The notes under the pieces are model-generated. The model had not been told where the DNA came from. It did no database searches and worked only from the letters and a program-made list of their open reading frames with translations. A stretch of DNA of 56,371 nucleotides, counting the filler, from Porpidia crustulata (Eukaryota), in NCBI GenBank assembly GCA_964255105.1. It is 4 parts of 4 records of this genome, joined end to end, with 100 filler letters (N's around TTAATTAATTAA, not from the genome) between each part and the next. Parts side by side here need not be neighbours in the genome. Positions count along the whole stretch, not along the records: positions 42,369 to 56,371 come from CAXUWE010000402.1; 3 more parts are not named here. The stretch is one strand, 5' to 3'. Made by a program: the position numbers and the translations under genes. The number at the start of each line of letters is the position of its first letter. Position 1 is the stretch's first letter. Positions 50,122 through 56,371 of the stretch are shown here, in pieces.

Positions 50122-50467
50122 GGGCAAATTACGGGACTAGAGAAAGAATTGTGACACATGGCGTTAAGTGAAAGACCTGAAATCCATCAGTTCTAGTCCC
50201 ATCTCTCAATATCTCCAACATTGCTGTAGACTCGCAATGGGTATGAGAAGCATTTTGATTAAATGTGGTTGCCGACTCAATCTGAAGGCGGGATCTCCCG
50301 CTCCCGCTTGATGACCATAACCGAACTATCTATGAAGACACGACTTCTTATACCAATAACATATATCAATTGCCATCGACGCATATTGGAGTGTTCGAGC
50401 CCCCCATTCAAATCTACAAACTCTACATAAAGTCGTTCAATCCTGGCCACTGCCACTGGTAGCTGTG

Positions 50468-51261
50468 ATGGGGCGTTACGATTTCCGTCCCCTTCGAGTC
50501 CATCAAGCTGCTAGACAGCTTTTGGCAGCTGAAAGGATCGCCAGGACTCCAGCATGGTATAACGTCGTTTGCAGTATTCCTCCAGCTCAAACACTCGTAC
50601 GAACACAGCCTGTCCAACAGCAGGAGCGAAAAACAAGGTCGAAAACGAAAAAGCCTAGTAAATTGTATCGACCTCAGCAGATTACGTATGAGGAAGATGC
50701 TTTACGGAAAGAATTTTATAAGGATCATCCATGGGAATTAGCTCGACCACGAGTAGTACTCGAGAATGACGGGCGCGACGCGCAAAGCGATGACTGGAGC
50801 CACATGTCGCAGTCGAATAAGCCTTTATGTGGAGAAAGGTATTTTTGCGGACTAGGTTACAAGTATCTTTACTAATTACCTTCAGCGTCGTTCAGCGGCA
50901 AATGTTCCTCACGCGCAACAATCCCAATATCACTTTAGCACAGGCATATGATCAAGCCAGGAAAGAGTTCTACGAGCTGCGGCTTCAAGAAGACGTGGAG
51001 CGCAGAGTAGCTGAGGAGGAAGCACAAGCAACCGGAGCTTATTTTGGCAAATCAACGCTTGAAATCGGAATGGAATTGGAGGATAAAGTGTTCGAAGAAT
51101 GGAGAGAATGGGCGTCTGCGGAGATTGCGGAGAAAGAGCAGAAACGAGCAGCGATGTATACAGGTGTTGACAACGAGACCATATCGACGTCTTCCGATGA
51201 CCTTGAGACACAAGCTGCCCTTGAGGAGATCAGCGATTCTACCCCAGCCGGAGGAGGGTAA
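50468..51261 (+). CDS. RSM25: Mitochondrial small-subunit ribosomal protein mS23 (37S S25), 2 exons
   Basis: [52 protein letters not shown] across intron 50839-50885, [12 protein letters not shown]. Confidence 0.92.
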
Positions 51262-52348
51262 GAAGCCTTTGACGGTGCTCCATTTGACTGTGAGCCATAG
51301 GAGATTAATTCAAAACCACATTAAGAAAGTAGATCTTCGAAATTTGGAGATTGATTGTACATATTGGGCAGTTTAAGATCCTGAAGATTACTGTAATGTG
51401 TGCTATTCTCATTGTCCGCTTGTTTTTAAGTTCAATTGCTTCGATGGGCCATTGATGGTCCGATTGCGTGTTTCTGAAATGCCGAGATGCTCGGTCCATA
51501 CGGGAAGACCACACTTTTCCTGCAGTGTTTCCGTAGACCCGAAACTCTCCATATTCTTCAACTGACCAAAAGTATGTTCCGTTCATCATAACGTTTGCAT
51601 ACATTCTCGACTACCTTACAAGGTTGCATAGAGCGTGCGTGCGGGCTATTTTGTAGCGCGGCGGGTATGGATCGATATCGGAACGGATTATCTATACTCC
51701 CAGCTGCTAGCTCGATCCAGAGATCAGGGAAGCTAGTGAGTAGTGGCAGTTGAGATCGACCTATCCAAAACGTCACAACAGACGCAGGAACACAAGTGAT
51801 AAGGCGACAAGCCACTGCGAGCTGCAAGCCACCCACACCCAGTAGCCGACCGTAAGGAAACTAGCACTCCGTATTCCCTATATCCCATCTTAACCATTCT
51901 GTATAGAGAATGATCCCTCAAATGTAGGGGGAAGACTTCCTATCAGGCTTTCCTTCGTCGATCATTGTCTCATGTGTACAACTATCATTGTTGCCTGATT
52001 CACTCTGTGAGTACCCTTGTCAATAGATAGGGTATGTCGGAGGGTATCGTGTTACTCGGACCACTTGCCCCCTTTGACAGACCAGTGTTGTACCGGAATC
52101 GATCATCTACCAGTCCACCATGGATACGTTTGTCGGTCGTCTTCGAGCACAGCGAGATCAAGAAGAAGAGTGGTCCAATAGCACACCGGGAGCGCACAAA
52201 GAATGGAATCACACAGGAGAGCAAATTGATGGCTTCGGCACTTCACAGGCTTCTCGCTATGAGTAAATTCGCTTCCCTACTTAATCGGGAATTTATCCTG
52301 TTGCTGACCCTGAATTCAAGACGCCACGCTCCTGAGAGCGACCGTCCT

Positions 52349-55239
52349 ATGAGCTATGAAGGCCCGTCGCAGGAGACTTTCGAGCAGATGGAAAGCAGTC
52401 TTTCCGGTCCTGAAACTGTCGCGGTCTTTCGAAATGCCGTTGAAACCGCCCGTCAAGCAATACAGCAATCCCTGGCGGGAAGTGAAAAAGTAGTCGAGGC
52501 AGTCAATCCAAAGTTGACAGTCGATCTGAGCCACCATGGCATAGAGAGGATTCCCGAAGCTGTAGTTGATATATTGAAACCCGGCGTGCAAATGTAGGGC
52601 ATCCACCGCACCTGCACATATATCAGGGGCCATCATCTCATAGAAAATGATGCTTTCCGATGTTTTGCAGGCTGACTGTCAAAAAATAGGCTACAACTCT
52701 CACATAATCAGATCGGATTGATACCAAATAAATTTGCGGACTGTATCCTTCTCAGATATTTGAATCTTCGCGGAAACCGGTTCAAGGACATTCCCAAGGC
52801 GGTAGGTAAACCTGATTGGATTTTGACTTGTGTTCTCTCACTAATAGAAAGCAGGTGTATAAGCTTCCTCAATTGGAGATTCTTGACCTTAGCCGCAACA
52901 AGCTCAGCAAGGTGCCAGATGAAATCGGGGACATGAAAGCATTGCGCGTTCTATCACTTTTGAGCAACTGTATCGAAACCGTTCCCTACTGCCTTGGAAA
53001 CCTGGATACGCTGAGAATCCTAAAATTAGCTGGGAATCCACTAGCTTCTGACCTGTTACGTATTGTTAACGGCAGCGATGGGACCTCCTCACCATCTTTA
53101 GCAACTCTCACAGAGAATGAAAAAGACACACTTATGACCAAAAGGATCAAAAAATTCTTGAAAGTCGAGGCCGCCGCAAGAGAGTCCGGTGATGGATCTA
53201 GCAGCGATGGAGTACTTGATACGCCGCGTCCTCTGAGGCGCAATATCAGTCTTCGATTTCCAGTGAAGATCAGTACAAGCGGTTCGGAGTCCGCCTCCGA
53301 TATGAGGTCACCCGGGTTCGCGAGACCGTCGATTCCAACGCGCTCTCATTACCGAGTAGGGTCAGGCCAGAATGATGTTTTACAGAACGCTGCTCTGCGT
53401 CGTCCTGGGCTGGCACCTTTGTCTATCGGCAACGAGAGAAATCGGAGCAATAGTGAAAGTGTACTCCAGGCTACGCAAGATACCCGTAGCAAGCGTATGG
53501 GAATAGTGACAAGGAAAAATAGTGATCTTGGCATTGTTGACGAAGCAAATCGTAACAGTCATCATTTTCGTGGACAGAGCCATAGCTCGGTGCTACGGGA
53601 TAAGCATTCTAACGGAGTCCGAAATGGCAGCTCCTCCTCAAGCCCGAGGGATGTTGAACGTCAACGTGGCATGTTTGTCCGTCGACTGTCAAGCTTGCCA
53701 GAATACAAACGAGAATCACGTTCGCCAGACAGCATTATCGAAGGCGCCAAGGGTGTTTTATATTCCCTCCACCAGGTTCACCCACACATCTTGACATTGA
53801 ATAATGTGGTAAAAGATGGAAATTCCAAGAGATCAAGTTTGGAGCGTGTTTACCACAATGCCATTACTCATCTCGATCACCTCGATCGAGAGTTGCACAA
53901 TATTGAGAACAGACCTGAGCTTAATCATGACGAGAAGGCTCGCTCAACCAGCAATGCGAGCTTTGCTGCCAGCGCTTGCATTGCAGCTTATCGACAAGTT
54001 GGGAATATCCTGCTTCGCAATGTTCCTCAACTGGTAGGGGACGGAGATCAGCGTTACATTCGCACATTGATCCTTCTAATATATGGAAGTCTAATCGAAG
54101 CTCGCAATGCTTGTTGGACTGTTGGCATTACTCCCAAAGTGCTCAAGCCGCAAAAAGCAACCCATCTGAGAATTTCAACTATTGCAGAGGAACTCCCCAA
54201 ACTTGCCAAACGTCGCGATCGCTCTATTACACCCACTCGCGACCGCCCGAATCCAGATAGACGTTACAGGAATGGAACTTTGATCACGCAACAAAATTCG
54301 AGTACCCACAGTCGGTTCAACTCAGCCTCTTCAACCAACTCTACGGTTCCCCTCTACGTTAATGGCCGCAGTCGCTCGAACAGTCGCACGAACAATCTGC
54401 CAGTATCAGCCACAAGCTCCATGGCCAATACCCCCCGGTCTGGGGAGTCCTTCATGGGCCCTGGAACACCCATGATTCGCTCTCGCAGTAATAGTGCTGT
54501 AGCAATAGGGCAAGGCGTCCAGAACCTCCACCTGCTCCAGGAATTGGACCACGAAACGCATTTCGAAAAGATTTTCCTAAATCTTGGCACAGCTGTCGAA
54601 GAAGGCACAAGTGTCATCCCCGGCGTTCTTGACCAGTTCACCCGCTGTTTAGACGTCGCCCAGCGCACACCACACACCGCACCGAATATCCACACCCTCT
54701 GGATCACCCTCATCAGCCGCGCCAGAACCTGTATCGACATGTGCGAAACCCTCAAGATGCGCCTTTCCACCATCAAGCTCAACGAACCCGACGTCCGCAA
54801 CGCCAAAGACTTCTGGCGCATCTGCGTCCGCTTCACCAACTCCGTCGTCACCCTCATGGATGGCATCGCCGACGCCAAGCGCCTCGACGTCGTCCCCAAC
54901 GACGTTATCCAGTGGATGCGCCCCGTCCTCAAGCTCGCCCGCTCCGCCTTCATCGACATCAACAAGTCCCCTTGGTCCAGCTTCGCCTACGTCGACGACG
55001 CACCCTCGATCAACGGTAACGGCTACCATCGCGCCCGTGGCTCCTCAGGTGGCTCGTCCTCCTCACCGTTCAGCATGCCCGCCACCCCGCTGTCCGCGGC
55101 GCTAGGCCCCGCCGCGCAAGCAACCATTCCTTCGACCCCAGCGTCGGCATCATTGGAGCGCTCGTTCCAGGGCGACATCTTCCAGCGGGCGGATACGCTG
55201 GCAAGCTATCAGAACACCATGGTATACCGCCGCGCCTGA
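52349..55239 (+). CDS. SOG2: RAM-network leucine-rich-repeat protein SOG2, at least 3 exons
   Basis: N-terminal LRRs (LRYLNLRGNRF, LEILDLSRNKL), introns 52594-52689 and 52802-52854, motifs NERNRSNSE, VRRLSSLPE, RYIRTLIL..YGS..E.RNA, PATPLSAALGPAAQATIP, FQRAD. Start codon uncertain. Confidence 0.88.
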
Positions 55240-56371
55240 GGGGGGTTTGAAATTTACGAAAACGCAAATTCAACGAAAGACATCTGACGAGCTCTGGAAA
55301 GCCGTTGGGAAATTAAGCACGAAGCTATGGCCTTTTTGTGGAGATATATGCACATAGGATACCTTTTTTTATTTTGCTCTCCCCTCGCATTATTCTGGCG
55401 GCGTCTCGATGTTTCTTAATCTTTCTAGGATGCTGGGTCACTTGGTCGGTGGAGTCGGACAGGAATGATACCCCCTTGCGCGAGATATTTCTGCGAGCGA
55501 TGGCGCTGTGGTTGTCTTTGGATGTAGTTGGGGGAGAGGGAGGTGTAGATACGGTCGGGGATGAGATATGTATATATGAGATCGGATGGTGGGATCTTGT
55601 GCGGACATGGATACTCATCAGCATCACCCAATCTCGAAGTCCGAGGACAACGCTCTGCCAATGTAAACAAACCGCACATCTCGAAATCTCAAATTCTCAA
55701 AATATCAAATCATCCAAAACACTGAAAAAGCAGCCCGGGCTTGGTTGATCTGATGCTCTCCTGTACATCCGTGATTATCCATCTAATCCCAGCCTATGGT
55801 CTATTAATGAAAGCAGATGTTCTACGCGTATTGAGACTGTTGTCGTGTAATCATACCTCACCTTTGCGCACGCACGCAAATCCTACTTTAGTATTTTGCA
55901 AATCCGAGGCGATGCCGCGATACGGCGAGCCACAACAAAAAAAATCAGATGTGGCTCAGAGTCGTATCTGGCTGAGACCGTGACTAAACGAGAGCGAGAG
56001 AGATGCGGAGGTCAAGGAAGGGACGAACGAAGAAGTAAAGGAGATAGGATGGGAAATGGGGGTTTTGGAACAAGGGTTACATTACTATGTGATGTTATTA
56101 CGGGTGAAACCGTGCTGAAATTCGAATGGTTCATGCTTGCAAAGAGCGTGTGGGCGCATTCCCGTGATCCCGCCGACGCCATGCCTGATTTCGTTGCGCA
56201 TATGAACCAAATCAAGATAACCCCCGCCGCTGCTGCAACGAGTGTACCATACCCCCTCCCCTCTCCCATCCTATGAAAAGCCAAGCAAAACGCCGCGCGC
56301 TCGTCATTGCAAGCGTAAGATACAGTGAAATAACCCCCCCCGCCCAAAAAACATCATGCCGAACATCTCAC

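Overview
Filamentous-ascomycete (Pezizomycotina-like) nuclear DNA with short GT-AG introns. It is not one locus: four ~14 kb contigs (1-14024, 14125-28147, 28248-42268, 42369-56371; lengths 14024, 14023, 14021, 14003) are joined by artificial 100-bp N44-TTAATTAATTAA-N44 spacers, so adjacency across spacers means nothing. Contig 1 is housekeeping: MRL1-like M6P receptor, ERG24, a conserved hypothetical protein, a DUF3074/START-like protein and a truncated (6-4) photolyase/cryptochrome. Contig 2 is accessory and the most interesting: a solo LTR with a 5-bp TSD, a pseudogene fragment, a decayed DUF3435 tyrosine recombinase (Starship 'captain'-type) whose 5' coding region is split by two TA-flanked MITEs, a third short inverted-repeat element, and an intact-looking ~2,627-aa highly reducing PKS (KS-AT-DH-cMT-ER-KR-ACP) with a degenerate ER nucleotide-binding motif. 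Contig 3 has a truncated non-RD kinase, a Kv-beta-type aldo-keto reductase, an STL1-like sugar porter, a CCHC zinc-knuckle protein and a Myb-like/coiled-coil protein ending in a histone H3-tail-like motif. Contig 4 has a neprosin-family peptidase, glutathione reductase with a probable CUG-initiated mitochondrial extension, a PPR protein divergent from RSM25, and SOG2. Family calls are from motif recognition by eye, not database searches.
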